DNA of 63,993 bases, filler included, from Octopus bimaculoides (GCF_001194135.2; 11 parts of 10 records of this genome joined end to end with filler, not necessarily neighbours in it); one strand, 5' to 3'; counted from the first letter of the whole stretch, positions 11,600-25,963 are shown. The notes: generated by a model from the letters alone, not told the origin. A program made the numbers and translations.

Positions 11600-12290
11600 T
11601 GAGGGTGACATGGTGTTGGAACAGTGAGGTGGACTCAGCCACAGAAATCAAGAGAGAGGCCTTGGAAAGACTGTAAAGACAAGTGCAGCAGGGAACTACG
11701 GGGGGAAATGGTTGGAAGCTAAGGAACAGGGAGAAGTAGAAAAGTATGGAGTCTACCAATGTTGTATGAAGATGAGTTTGGTGGTGGGGGGGGGGTAAGG
11801 TATTCTGGATTGTAAGGCAGTGTATCAGAATGAATGGAAATGTTGTAAGAAGTGGGCAAGGATGGATAACAGTACACTAACATTCAGTGATTCGGCAAAA
11901 GAAACAAGCATAGAAGGGCTACTATGAAAAGTGACTAAACTTGGAGAATGCCTGGGAGAAAAACAGCACTTCAAATGTGAACCTGACAAGGGGACAAAGC
12001 CTTCTAGTTGACAGCAGTGTGATAGATAAAGCAATTAAGGATATGAAGACAGGGTAAGTCCCAGGTCCTTCATGAATTACTCCTGAGATGCTTAAAGTAT
12101 CTGGTAGAGTGGAATATGGCCCAGTTACCATATTAGTTCATACAAGAAGACAGCATACCCAATGACTTGTGTAGCAGCATCGTAGCGAACTGGTACAAGA
12201 GTAAAGGAGATGCGTAAGAGAGAAGTAATTACAGAGACAGCAAATTGCTGGCCCAGGTCATGGAAGTTACACAAAGAATTAGCCTAGATG
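11600..12290 (+). mobile_element. Decayed RTE-clade LINE reverse-transcriptase fragment
   Basis: Frame-broken translation resembling WW.SEVD...KR.AWK; IDKAIKDMKTG..PGPS.IT.EMLK.SG; IPND.CSSI..N.YK.KGDA..RSNYR..KLL.QVM.V. Confidence 0.75.
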
Positions 12291-12541
12291 AGGGGCAAGA
12301 AAAATAAACGTTACAGATATAATGACATGAGCATGTTGAATTATTCCAATTGGTTGGGTTTGATGATAGATTAAAATGTAAAAAGTGGGACAGGAATGTT
12401 TTTAATGTTAAGTGATGGGGATCGCTGTTGACATGACCAACCAGTTTGTTACTTATATAAGGTACTGGGGAAGGTGGGGTATTAGTATGGGTGAGCTGGT
12501 AGCAGCTAAGTAAGCAGTGTATATATATATTATATATTTCA

Positions 12542-12650
<109 letters not shown>

Positions 12651-12687
12651 GATGTGTGTGTTTGTGTGTCTGTGCTNNNNNNNNNNT

Positions 12688-12831
12688 CACTTAGCGGTTC
12701 GGCAAAAGAGAACCGATAGAATAAGTACTAGGCTTACAAAGAATAAGTCCCAGGGTCGATTTGCTCGACGAAAGGCAGTGCTCCAGCATGGCTGCAGTCA
12801 AATGACTGAAACAAGTAAAAGAGTAAAAGAG
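12688..12831 (+). mobile_element. SINE family A, 3' half
   Basis: CTTAGCGGTTCGGCAAAAGAG...CATGGCTGCAGTCAAATGACTGAAACAAGTAAAAGAG, matching 10648-10791. Confidence 0.85.
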
Positions 12832-13035
12832 TTGTGCCTGTAATTCAAAGGGTCAGCCTTGTCACACTGTGTCATGCTGAATATCCCCGAGAACTATGTT
12901 AAGGGTACACGTGACTGTGGAGTGCTCAGCTACTTGCACTTTAATTTCACAAGAAGGCTGTTCCGTTGATCGGATCAACAGGAACCCTCGACGCTGTTAG
13001 CGACGGAGTGCCAACAACAACAACAACAACAACAG
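12832..13035 (+). mobile_element. Probable 5'-truncated retroposon ending in a (CAA)n tail
   Basis: GC-richer segment ending GGATCAACAGGAACCCTCGACGCTGTTAGCGACGGAGTGCCAACAACAAC. No second copy in the window. Confidence 0.45.
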
Positions 13036-13190
13036 AACAATTAAATAAAAGAAATTCAATGGGCATAGGTATGATGTTAGGCACAATACAGGTAGTTTAA
13101 CAGAACTTGCCAAACATTTTACATCAAATGGCTCTAAATGCAAATTCTCAGGGAATATTCATTGTCAGTCCTCAAAATGCATGATGACAA

Positions 13191-13567
13191 ATCATCATCA
13201 TCATCGTTTAACGTCCGCTTTCCATGCTAGTATGGGTTGGACGATTTGACTGAGGACTGGTGAAACCGGATGTCTACACCAGGCTCCAATCTGATTTGGC
13301 AGAGTTTCTACAGCTGGATGCCCTTCCTAACGCCAACCACTCAGAGAGTGTAGTGGGTGCTTTTATGTGCCATCCACACAAGAGCCAGTCCAGAGGCACT
13401 GGCAACGATCTCGCTCGAAAATCCTACGAAGGCCAGTCAGGCGGTACTGGCAACGCCCATGCTCAAAATGGTGTATTTTATGTGCCACCCGCACAAGAGC
13501 CAGTCCAGGGGCACTGGCAACGATCTCGCTCGAAAATCCTACAAAGGCCAGTGAGGCGGTACTGGCA
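13191..13567 (-). mobile_element. RTE LINE 3' UTR with 115-bp tandem repeats and (GAT)n tail
   Basis: Near-identical reverse complement of 33932-34520. Repeat units start at 13367 and 13482. Runs into an assembly gap. Confidence 0.85.
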
Positions 13568-13667
13568 NNNNNNNNNNNNNNNNNNNNNNNNNNNNNNNNN
13601 NNNNNNNNNNNTTAATTAATTAANNNNNNNNNNNNNNNNNNNNNNNNNNNNNNNNNNNNNNNNNNNN

Positions 13668-13726
<59 letters not shown>

Positions 13727-16639
13727 TAAACAGTTATGTATGAATGTGTGTGTGTGTGTGTGTGCGTGCTCTGCCATGCAATGTGTATTGCTTCATCGTA
13801 AACTGACAACAGTATAATTTTTGTACATACCAATGATTCTGAAATACCACATATTAAAAAGGAAACTGCTGTGAGATTTGATTAAATATAGCAAAGTGCA
13901 GACGTTTAATTATCTGTTTTACCATTCTTTCTAGCCGTTTATTCCTTGACATTTATTACACACCATCTTATAGGCATACATACATATCTGTCTAGATATT
14001 TATATTACAAGTTAAGTTGATCTCAAACGCCTACTGTGCCATATAGATTTTCATTCTATAGCTACGTATATATACACATAAATGCACATACAAACACAAG
14101 GACGTATATATATATATAGTCTATTGACTAAATTTTTTTACACGCAAAGCCACTGNNNNNNNNNNNNNNNNNNNNNNNNNNNNNNNNNNNNNNNNNNNNN
14201 NNNNNNNNNNNNNNNNNNNNNNNNNNNNNNNNNNNNNNNNNNNNNNNNNNNNNNNNNNNNNNNNNNNNNNNNNNNNNNNNNNNNNNNNNNNNNNNNNNNN
14301 NNNNNNNNNNNNNNNNNNNNNNNNNNNNNNNNNNNNNNNNNNNNNNNNNNNNNNNNNNNNNNNNNNNNNNNNNNNNNNNNNNNNNNNNNNNNNNNNNNNN
14401 NNNNNNNNNNNNNNNNNNNNNNNNNNNNNNNNNNNNNNNNNNNNNNNNNNNNNNNNNNNNNNNNNNNNNNNNNNNNNNNNNNNNNNNNNNNNNNNNNNNN
14501 NNNNNNNNNNNNNNNNNNNNNNNNNNNNNNNNNNNNNNNNNNNNNNNNNNNNNNNNNNNNNNNNNNNNNNNNNNNNNNNNNNNNNNNNNNNNNNNNNNNN
14601 NNNNNNNNNNNNNNNNNNNNNNNNNNNNNNNNNNNNNNNNNNNNNNNNNNNNNNNNNNNNNNNNNNNNNNNNNNNNNNNNNNNNNNNNNNNNNNNNNNNN
14701 NNNNNNNNNNNNNNNNNNNNNNNNNNNNNNNNNNNNNNNNNNNNNNNNNNNNNNNNNNNNNNNNNNNNNNNNNNNNNNNNNNNNNNNNNNNNNNNNNNNN
14801 NNNNNNNNNNNNNNNNNNNNNNNNNNNNNNNNNNNNNNNNNNNNNNNNNNNNNNNNNNNNNNNNNNNNNNNNNNNNNNNNNNNNNNNNNNNNNNNNNNNN
14901 NNNNNNNNNNNNNNNNNNNNNNNNNNNNNNNNNNNNNNNNNNNNNNNNNNNNNNNNNNNNNNNNNNNNNNNNNNNNNNNNNNNNNNNNNNNNNNNNNNNN
15001 NNNNNNNNNNNNNNNNNNNNNNNNNNNNNNNNNNNNNNNNNNNNNCATAAAACAATACTTCATAGATATCGGAGTCCTTTTAGCAAGGTACAAAAAAGTT
15101 GTAGGTTTTTGAATCCTAAGTTGTTAGAGTATTGGATCACTACTCTGGACAGAAAGGGAGGTGTATAAGGCACATCGATAAATTCACAAGAAAACTTTGT
15201 TTTCGTACGAGAACACATTGTTGTTTAAAAACGGCATGCAAAGTAAACTAATATTTATTTAAACACGCTAGCCCAAACAACCAGAGAGCTAAGCTAACCA
15301 GCCAGCCAGCCAACCAGCCAACCAGCCAGCCACCTAGCCAGACAACCGCCGCTTTGGCCATCTTCCACTCCTTCCATGTACGGAACAGATGTTGAAATTC
15401 GACTAAACTAACATCTTTTATTATTTCTGAGTTTCATCCGTTACGCGTTACAACTGTAGCGTTTGTGTAAGTGGTTGTTTTACTAAGATTTCTCCACAAC
15501 AAAACAACGATTACTTTACGAGAAGAGGGATACTCACGAGCGGAAAAAGAGTTCAGAAGAAGCGAAGGGGAAGAGGAGGGTTCTGTGAGTGAAGATAAAC
15601 AACAGTGCATGCTTCGTTGAGTATTGCCACGTGATGGATATGTTGTTCTTTAGCCGGAGTGAACTCTGAATGAAAAGATCTATGATCAAGGAAATTCTAG
15701 TTTTGACCGTCTCATCTCATTTTCAGACATTGTATATCTGTGACTATATTATCCAATGCACCTTTCCTTTTCTTCAACCCGGTAAGATTTGGTTTGAGAA
15801 AGATTTGGTCACTATTTTTGACAGGGCGAGCGACCTTGCTCATCTCTCACTGAAGTAAGTGGCAAAACTAAAAATTAGTTTCTCATTCGTTCACCCAACT
15901 CTCTCTCTTTCTCTATTTATCTATCTATATATCTATCTGTCTATCAATCTATTTAACTTCCATTCGAATCTAATACATTTACGTTTGCTCATGCCGTCAG
16001 GAAAGGCAAGGTATATAGGTTCAGTAAAACAGGTTTTGAGGTCGCAAGTTTGTTTATTAGGAGGAAGCAAACAGATTGACCATCTCAGTGACTCCTCTTA
16101 GTAAACAAGAATTAAATTATGGTAATAAACCATGCATGGAAAGAAGATGTATATTTTCTCTTCAGTCGTTATCGACTAGATGAATCTTCAGCGTGCAATA
16201 TCCAGCTTATCTATACGGCTTGGCTCGCTGGTATTATCGATTGAACGGGATACCATCATGCATAATTGGTTAGCAGAATTTGAACTCAGAACGTAAAGAT
16301 CCAGAAGAAATACTTTCCTCTAATATCTTAACAATTCCATCAATCTAGTACCCGTGAATAATACCTATTTTACTGATCCAGAAGGCAAGAAGATTGGCGT
16401 TGATCACGGCGGAATTTAAACTCATTGAGCAGAGAACCGAAGCGAATAACTCAAGGATTCTTTCTATTCGATGCTCTAACAACCCTGTCATTTTCCTAGC
16501 TATGATACACTCAAGCAAAAACAAAGAGAATAAAATAACCCCTTATGCTTTTTTTTTTTTGTTGAATGAGAAGAAAAGGTGACTTTCCGGACAGATAAGG
16601 TGAAGGCACTTGATGTTCAGTGTAAACTTCTGTAGACTG

Positions 16640-16777
16640 ATGACCTACATGGGCCTGGATTCAATCCCATAGAGTGAAACCTTGGGCAAGTGATTTTACT
16701 ATAGCCTCGAGCTGACCAAAGCCTTGTGAGAGGATTTGGTTCACGGAAACTGAAAGACACTCATCATATGTGTGTGT

Positions 16778-16821
<44 letters not shown>

Positions 16822-17312
16822 NNNNNNNNNNNNNNNNNNNNNNNNNNNNNNNNNNNNNNNNNNNNNNNNNNNNNNNNNNNNNNNNNNNNNNNNNNNNNNN
16901 NNNNNNNNNNNNNNNNNNNNNNNNNNNNNNNNNNNNNNNNNNNNNNNNNNNNNNNNNNNNNNNNNNNNNNNNNNNNNNNNNNNNNNNNNNNNNNNNNNNN
17001 NNNNNNNNNNNNNNNNNNNNNNNNNNNNNNNNNNNNNNNNNNNNNNNNNNNNNNNNNNNNNNNNNNNNNNNNNNNNNNNNNNNNNNNNNNNNNNNNNNNN
17101 NNNNNNNNNNNNNNNNNNNNNNNNNNNNNNNNNNNNNNNNNNNNNNNNNNNNNNNNNNNNNNNNNNNNNNNNNNNTGCAATATATATATATATATATATA
17201 TATAGAATAAGAGCAGGCTAAGTACTGAGGTCAATTCATTCGACTAAAATTCTTCAAGGCGGTGCCCCAGCATGGCCGCGACCTAATGACTGAAAGAAGT
17301 AAAATATAAAGG
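16640..17312 (+). mobile_element. Diverged SINE family A split by microsatellite and gap
   Basis: CCTTGGGCAAGTG...CCAAAGCCTTGTGAG...GGAAACTGAAAG at 16640-16762; tail AAGGCGGTGCCCCAGCATGGCCGC at ~17250-17312. Confidence 0.65.
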
Positions 17313-17542
17313 ATACGAAAATATATGGGCTTGGACTGAAGTTCAGGGGACTGAGCCCCTTCAAGCAGAAATGATGAGGCGAACTTTTGAGAGCGGCTTT
17401 TTGTGTTATGCAGAGAATGGCTCAGACTGACTGCAAATTGGCAAAATCGTTAGAACATCGAACAAAATGTCTTGTGGTCTTTGTTCTGATTAGAAAATGT
17501 TCTGAGTCCAATTCACATATACACACACATACATATACATCC

Positions 17543-17607
<65 letters not shown>

Positions 17608-19449
17608 CGTGTGTGCGTATGTGTGTTTGCGTGTAATATGTATATATATATATATATATTCGCAAACACATAAACACGTTATATACTTGTAAATATACAC
17701 TTCTGATTCGACCCACAAATACACATACAAGCACTTACATATACTTATATATACATGAATAATACACAATGTCTATACTGTTAATTTCGTATATACAATC
17801 TCACTAACACTCACACACACACACACACAGACACTCGCGCGCGCATTCCTGATTAGACATTAATGTCACTTCATGTGAAATGTGAAAATGGTCGTATCCG
17901 ACGCTTTGTTTATAAACTTTTCCGTGAATTATTATTTTGTAAATAATTATATAATCTTAAAGTTAATATCTCACACTTGCTGCTTTGTTTATTTAAAGAG
18001 AAACGAGATAAATTATTCGCGAAACTGTCTTCTTCCGGTTCTACTTTTCCGGCTTCAGTCAAGCTATCTCATTTAATTTTTNNNNNNNNNNNNNNNNNNN
18101 NNNNNNNNNNNNNNNNNNNNNNNNNNNNNNNNNNNNNNNNNNNNNNNNNNNNNNNNNNNNNNNNNNNNNNNNNNNNNNNNNNNNNNNNNNNNNNNNNNNN
18201 NNNNNNNNNNNNNNNNNNNNNNNNNNNNNNNNNNNNNNNNNNNNNNNNNNNNNNNNNNNNNNNNNNNNNNNNNNNNNNNNNNNNNNNNNNNNNNNNNNNN
18301 NNNNNNNNNNNNNNNNNNNNNNNNNNNNNNNNNNNNNNNNNNNNNNNNNNNNNNNNNNNNNNNNNNNNNNNNNNNNNNNNNNNNNNNNNNNNNNNNNNNN
18401 NNNNNNNNNNNNNNNNNNNNNNNNNNNNNNNNNNNNNNNNNNNNNNNNNNNNNNNNNNNNNNNNNNNNNNNNNNNNNNNNNNNNNNNNNNNNNNNNNNNN
18501 NNNNNNNNNNNNNNNNNNNNNNNNNNNNNNNNNNNNNNNNNNNNNNNNNNNNNNNNNNNNNNNNNNNNNNNNNNNNNNNNNNNNNNNNNNNNNNNNNNNN
18601 NNNNNNNNNNNNNNNNNNNNNNNNNNNNNNNNNNNNNNNNNNNNNNNNNNNNNNNNNNNNNNNNNNNNNNNNNNNNNNNNNNNNNNNNNNNNNNNNNNNN
18701 NNNNNNNNNNNNNNNNNNNNNNNNNNNNNNNNNNNNNNNNNNNNNNNNNNNNNNNNNNNNNNNNNNNNNNNNNNNNNNNNNNNNNNNNNNNNNNNNNNNN
18801 NNNNNNNNNNATGCTAAAATAATTTTATCATAAAGATCATTTTAGTACCGGTTTCAGTCTTTGCGACTTTTTCAACTTAGAGTAAAGCATGAAAAACAAT
18901 TAAATTGTAGAAAAATTAATTGAAATGTTTGTTTTAAATATTTCCATTGTTTCCAAATAGGTGGGACATTTTCCTTTTTTCTGCCTCTCAAAAAAAAAAA
19001 AAAGAATAAATAAATCAAAATGTTGTTACACAGTGTAATGTTTTCTCTCGACTGTCCTGCGACATCAGTTTGATTTTGATGAGAATAATACACTCAAGCA
19101 GGACTCATTTTACCGAAGCCAATATAAAATCTTGAGCTCAACACGAATTACTAACGAAAGAAACCCCTCCCCTTTAATTATACAACACTTTACTGCTAAC
19201 TCTCACGCGGTGCTTGTGGGAACTTGTGTCTACTGTTTCTATCAAGCTTCAGCATAATGGAAGTTGGGAGTAAGAGTCACAGTGCAGAGCAGAGGATATG
19301 AACCAGCGAATCTTAAATTTGGATTCATTTGTAATTCCCTGTTAGGACAGAAGAGAGTTTAGCAGGGATGAGTAAACTGAAATTCAGAGTCATTCAAACT
19401 CACACACTCACACGCACACGCACACACAGACACACAAACACACACATAG

Positions 19450-19481
<32 letters not shown>

Positions 19482-20365
19482 ATTCACACACATTTACATA
19501 CAAATCCACACAAACACACACATACATACACATATAGCTAGAGAGAGGGAGGGGGAGATAGAGAGAGAGAGGGAGAGAGAGAGAGAGAAAGAAAGAGAGA
19601 GAGAAAGAAAGAGAGAGAGAGAGAGAAAGAAAGAGAGAAAGAAAGAAAGAGAGAGAGTGGGGGTAGTTTGAGTGGATACTTTGAGTTCGAATTACCGAAT
19701 ACAATTATTGCCATATTTTAATTTGACAAGTACAAATGTTTATAGATATAATTTTGGGTGGAAGAGAGGTTTCCTCCTAACAATAATATGTGCGCGTATG
19801 TGTGTGTGAGTATGTATACATACATATACACCATATATATATGAATGTGTGTATGTATGTGTGTGTGTGTGTATGAGGTTGTAAGTGTGTGTAAGTAGGC
19901 GCGTGCATGTATATATATGGAGCAGGGTGTATAACCACTAATTATTGCCTTCCGTGCACTTTATGCCCTCGGTGAATGTTTGTTTTATCCCATCGTTGAA
20001 TTTTTTAAATTTCATATTCTTTATATATTTATTTAAATATGTGGAGCGCAGAATATATAGACTTCATTTGTTTACATGTAATATATATGTGCTTATTAAT
20101 ATATCTAAGTGCATAGTTATGCACTTAGGTGTATTAATACATGTATATACAATATATATATATATATATATATANNNNNNNNNNNNNNNNNNNNNNNNNN
20201 NNNNNNNNNNNNNNNNNNNNNNNNNNNNNNNNNNNNNNNNNNNNNNNNNNNNNNNNNNNNNNNNNNNNNNNNNNNNNNNNNNNNNNNNNNNNNNNNNNNN
20301 NNNNNNNNNNNNNNNNNNNNNNNNNNNNNNNNNNNNNNNNNNNNNNNNNNNNNNNNNNNNNNNNN

Positions 20366-20430
<65 letters not shown>

Positions 20431-20542
20431 ACATGCGTATGTGTATATATTTGTATGTGTGTATATATGTATATATCATCGGTTCGTATCTTTCACTTCT
20501 TTTCAGTTTCTCTCCCATTTCACTTTTCACACTCACACTTAC

Positions 20543-20624
<82 letters not shown>

Positions 20625-20845
20625 TCATACGCGGGCATGTGCACCCAAATACACGCGTAAGCACAACGCCTCAAATTTTGTAGGAATATCTATAGGGACG
20701 GAGAATCTGTGGGGCGAAGAAGAGATATACGCATGTATGCGTTTCTGTATCACTCAGTGCTTGTATGTTTATACCTATGTTCGTGAATTATTTGGTATCC
20801 TGATTCACCGTTTCACCAACAGTAACGTCTACACTATGGGTGGGG

Positions 20846-21385
20846 AAACCTTTTAGTGCGGCGGGAAAAAATTTCCTAAGAAAAAGGTCCGCAAGCGGAT
20901 CACAGGTTCTAACTCTTATATATGTGTAAATCTTGTATACATCAATGTATAATTTGACATAAATTAACAAAGACATCATATAAATAAAGACATATATCAA
21001 TGTATAATTTGATATACATTAATAAATTAATGTGTAATTTGACATACATTAAATTAACGCGTTACATCTTCATTAACGCCGCCACTGAATTTAGGTCGTT
21101 TATATTACTTATTAGGTATTCTATTTTTTTTTCAGCTAAAGTGTAGTTGGGTCTCAAGGAGGGGGTATAAACCTACCAATATGTGTTTTGTAGTGAAAAT
21201 AAAATTTCCATTAAAATGGCAATTACCGGACGATTTCTGACCATTTTAAGTCATTGTGGAAACGCGAACTATGTCGCAAATAGGAATATGAATATTGCAT
21301 AAATTTTGATTGAAAAATTTACTATATTTTGTACATATGAGTATATCAGCCTACGGGCACAATAGAACGGGTTCGCGGGCTAAAT
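20846..21385. mobile_element. Possible truncated hAT-like non-autonomous DNA transposon
   Basis: Start TGGGTGGGGAAACCTTTT...GCGG resembles CAGGGGTGGG-type hAT ends. No matching right TIR or TSD was found. Confidence 0.3.
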
Positions 21386-21399
21386 TGAAAAGAAATTGA

Positions 21400-22062
21400 A
21401 AAGAAAAGAAAAAAGGGAAACCATAGGAAGTACAAAAAGGACATGAAGAAGAATTACGCAAGAAGGGAATACACAATCAATTCCATGTTGCCACAACAGC
21501 AGTTGTTGGAAAAGATAGGTTGGATTGGCTGATGAAAGAAACCCTAGAAAAAGAGACCCAGAGCACTATACTGGCAGCGCAGGACCAAGCTCTAGCCACG
21601 AACTAGAGGAATGAGCAAGTGTCTCCGCTGTGCCGCATCTGCAATAGAATGCCCATATCACGAACGAATGACTTAGACTTGCCCAAAACCACTACAAGTG
21701 GGGGCTAGAGAGTGGCAAGACGTGGTTTGAGCACAAACCACAGACAGTGGGAGAGTTGGAGACTTGCAAAATCCTCTGGGATTTCCCAATCCAAACAGAT
21801 CAGGCGCTAGCGCATAACAGACTGGACTTAGTAGAGGTGAACAAGGTGCACCATATATGCTATATAGTTGACGTCCAAGAAGGAAGGCGAAAAGATAGAT
21901 AGATACAACCGTCGTAAGTACGAAATAGCCCAGCTATGGAAAATGAAGTAGGTGAAGACAGTGCCAATTATTGTTGGGTCCTTGAGAACAGTACCAGAAG
22001 ACATCAAGAGGAATATAAAGGAATAGAGTACCGATAGAATAAGTGCCAAGCTTAAAAAGAAA
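21400..22062 (+). mobile_element. Decayed R4/Dong-clade retrotransposon (zinc knuckle + RLE region)
   Basis: WLMKETLEKETQSTILAAQDQALATN; SPLCRICN; KILWDFPIQTDQALAHNRLDLVEVNK; EKIDRY...EIAQLWKMK*VKTVPIIVGSL. Confidence 0.85.
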
Positions 22063-22974
22063 ACAAGTTCTAGGGTGGATTCGTTCGACTAAAAATTCCT
22101 CAAGTCGGTGCCCCAGCATGGCCGCAGAAAAATGACTGAAACAAGTTAAAAATAAAATATAAAAGATGCAAGAAACAATAAGCATTGCACCCACCCCTGA
22201 CCATTTAGCTACCAAGGAATTTATTCTAATATATGCCACCGAGCGAGCTTCTACCTGATCATTTGCGTTGTTTAAAAGAAATACCAACGAGATCTCATTG
22301 AAACATACTCTACCTTTTTTTTAAAGAGATATGCAGACGATAATATTATTCTAGGTACATACATAATTTCTGGAAAAAAAGGGAAAAGACTGGATTGTCA
22401 CGGATGGATTGCCTTTCGATCATAAGACTGCTAGATCAGAGCATGCCTGCAACTAAACAACTATATCAATAACTCTGAATGAACCACCGAAGGAGCTTCT
22501 GTGTTGGTCGCACGACCTGCTAGAAATAGCAGCAAAACCTCCCTTAAATCATATTGCAACAGTCTTCAAAAACAAAGGTGCACACTAGATGATGTACCCC
22601 TAGGAAGAAGAGAAGATGATATGTCTACTCCAACAACAACAACAACAACAAACCTACAATTCAGTCAACACCGTCCGCCCAAAACTAGTCAAGCCGTAGA
22701 GGCAGACGAGAAAATCGGACGGCTGCTGGGTGTAAATAGAATAGGAATTATATTTCACTTATGTCCCGGAGTACAACAGCTGGGCGGTTGCTTCAAATTA
22801 GTTAGATTCGAAAGTTTCATTTGGTGCAGAGTTTTCACTCGTACAACACTTCGTTATTCTAGGTGTTTTTATCCATGAGGAAGTTCTTGCTTGCTTCTTC
22901 TCTTCGTATCTATCAGGATGTTCTTGCTTCCTCTCGTTTAGCATGTCTTCCTTTATTCGTTCCCTAGCGCGCGT

Positions 22975-23010
<36 letters not shown>

Positions 23011-23229
23011 GCTCACTTGTAAACTCAGACACATACGCAACAGCGCATCACATTCATATCGGAATAGTATAAAATTCAACAAATTTTATACACAGCCAGT
23101 GTTGTAAGTGCATGTGAGCGTCCACGTATTCGTGCGTGTTTGTGTTCATGTATGTATGTGTATGTGTATAAATACATGAATACATACAGGCACATTCACA
23201 TGCGCGCACGCACATACATGTTTTGTGTG

Positions 23230-23295
<66 letters not shown>

Positions 23296-23369
23296 TAACA
23301 CGAAACTTCTAGTAACAACTGTGCAACATCGTAGCCTTAATTGCGGTTATTAATATTTTTTCTGCTTAA

Positions 23370-23580
23370 AAGGCGGCGAGCTGGTAGAATCGTTAGCACG
23401 ACGAGCAAAATGCTTCGCGGCATTTCGTCCATCTTTATGTTCTGAATTCAAATTTTGCCGAGGTCGATTTTGCCTTTTATCTTTCGCTGTCGATAAAATA
23501 AGTACAAGTTGAGCACTGGGATCGACTTACTACTCCATTTCTCGAAATTGCTGGCCTTGTGCCAAAATTTGAAGCCAATA
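23370..23580 (+). mobile_element. SINE family B
   Basis: AAGGCGGCGAGCTGGTAGAATCGTTAGC...GAGGTCGATTTTGCCTTTTATCTTTCG...GGCCTTGTGCCAAAATTTGAA. Confidence 0.8.
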
Positions 23581-23682
23581 TTTATTTTGCTTTTTGTATT
23601 GAGTGCATATTCTTTTTTTTACGCTCGCATATATTATATATGTGGGTATATATGTATGCACATATGTGCGTTTGCACGTGTG

Positions 23683-23800
23683 AGGCTATATGGCCTAGCG
23701 GTTAGAGTGTTGCACTCATGGTCGCAAGATAGTGGTTTCAATTCTTGAACCGGGTTGTTCGTTGAGTTCTTGAGCAATTCACTTCGTCTTACGTTGCTCT
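23683..23800 (+). mobile_element. Decayed tRNA-head CORE-type SINE fragment
   Basis: TGGCCTAGCGGTTAGAGTG...GGTTTCAATTC...GTTCTTGAGCAA, related to the 26270-26456 head. Confidence 0.55.
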
Positions 23801-24427
23801 ACAATCAGGATTCAGGCTGCATCGATTTGATGGAGGGAGTGAGATAATGTACAAATCACTATAAACAAATCATTCTATTGTTCAGCAAGAAATTGCAGAA
23901 GCGTCGTTCTCGGACTACGAGAAACTACCACCGTACATATATGAGTCCTCTTACAATCATTTCTACTAGAGGCACGAGGCCTGAAATTTGGAGGAGGGAC
24001 TAGTCGATTACATCGACCTTAGTGTGTAACTGGTACTTAATTCATCGAAATCGGAAAGAATTTGAACTTAGAAAGTATGCGTGTGTCATTCAATAGTTTA
24101 CCTCTTTATCGAATTCTCTAAATTCACACTAATAACCCACTTGAGTTATTTCCCTAACGCACGGTTGAATATGTATGTGTATGTGTCTGCGAGTGTGTCT
24201 ATGTGTGTGTTATGTATGCGTCTGTATTTGTGTGTATGTATGTGTGTGTGTACGCGTATATGTGTGTGTGTGTTGCCTGTAGCTGCATGTATATACACAT
24301 ATATAGTTCTTAGATATGTTTCAGTGCTTGAGTACTCATAATTGTTTGTGCCTGTATGCTTGCGTGCCAACGTGTATATACGTATATAAATGTGTGCGTA
24401 CCTTTCATATGCATGTGTGTGTGTGTG

Positions 24428-24460
<33 letters not shown>

Positions 24461-25275
24461 CGCGAGCAGATAAAACAGATTTCTGTGTCTTACTCTAAGT
24501 GAAAGTACAGTTAGTCTTTCCTGTAGGTATCACGTGGTACACTGTCCACAATGATGACGTCACTGCCACAGAACATTGCAGAAGAGAGCAATAAGTAACA
24601 GCAATAAATATCAGTTTCGTGTTATTCAGCACTAGCACTTGTTGTACAGCATGTTTATACAAAAGTACATGGCAGGCTAGATATATTTCGCTAGTCAAGT
24701 GGGTGTAGACAATGACGACTACGATGACGATGATGATGATTATGATTTTCCAGCGAGTCGACCAAAAAGGGCAATTTGGTCGATTGAAACAAGGTTGTTG
24801 TTAAATGCTCGAAATACGAGACTAGAAAAACAGCCAACAACTGATGAAGGGTCGTTATTTATGTTGTTTGTTTTGCTTTGCATTTTTGCCTTTCGTTGTT
24901 CGAAAGAATAGTTCATGTTCCATGTATTCGTGCTTCGTACTTTTTGTTGTACACGTTTCATGACGTCCTGTGACCACATATGCATATACATACATACATA
25001 TATNNNNNNNNNNNNNNNNNNNNNNNNNNNNNNNNNNNNNNNNNNNNTTAATTAATTAANNNNNNNNNNNNNNNNNNNNNNNNNNNNNNNNNNNNNNNNN
25101 NNNGCTTGTTTTTACCTCCGTGTCTGTGCGTGCATGCGTACTTGTTCTTGCCTGTGTGCTGTTTTATGCTAGAAATCAAAGTTTCATAAAAAAGAATGGT
25201 GGTTGAAAAAGTGGCTAAAGTAATCAATCAATGACATTGGTATTACTTACTTCCCTTGTGTTGTATGCTATGGAC

Positions 25276-25963
25276 CAGGGGTTTTCAAACTGTGGTCCGC
25301 AAGGACAAGACAGGGTGTCCGTGGACAGCAAATACTTTTTATGGGCAATTTGATTTTATATATGTTTCTTAATCGAAATCTTTTAATTGGCAATAAACCT
25401 ATTTGTTAAATACCATTAAATAAACAAATACTCTTTTTTACTTGTTTCAGTCTTTTGACTGTGGCCATGCTGGAGCACCGCCTTTAGTCGAGCAAATCGA
25501 CCCCAGGACTTATTCTTTGGAAGCCTAGTACTTATTCTATCGGTCTATTTTGCCGAACCGCTAAGTTACGGGGACATAAACACACCAGCATCGGTTGTCA
25601 AGCGATGTTGGGGGGACAAACACAGACATACAAACACACACACACACACACACATATATATACATCTATACGACAGGCTTCTTTCAGTTTCCGTCTACCA
25701 AATCCACTCACAAGGCTTTGGTCGGCCCGAGGCTATAGTAGAAGACACTTGCCCAAGATGCCACACAGTGGGACTGAACCCGGGACCATGTGGTTGGTAA
25801 GCAAGCTACTTCCCACACAGCCACTCCTACGCCTACGTATAAAAAAATATGTTATTTTAAGCAAATATTTATGTATAAATTTCATAAGCGTTTATAAGGG
25901 GGTCCCTAAGGTAAAGCCTGAAATATAAAGGGGTCCACAAGTCAAAAAGTATGAAAACCCCTG
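25276..25963. mobile_element. hAT-superfamily MITE with exact 8-bp TSD
   Basis: TIRs CAGGGGTTTTCAAAC / GTATGAAAACCCCTG. TSD CTATGGAC at 25268-25275 and 25964-25971. Confidence 0.9.
25431..25834 (-). mobile_element. Full-length SINE family A nested in the hAT MITE
   Basis: Reverse complement of the 10348-10791 type, with internal (CA)n/(TA)n. Confidence 0.9.

Noticed and set aside
15727-24594. Exons 15727-15781 and 24527 as continuation of ABCA
   Set aside because: The joined frame stops after about 22 codons and lacks convincing ABCA motifs.
24841-24910. CTGATGA...GAAA hammerhead-like motif
   Set aside because: No convincing stem II, stem III or UH cleavage site.
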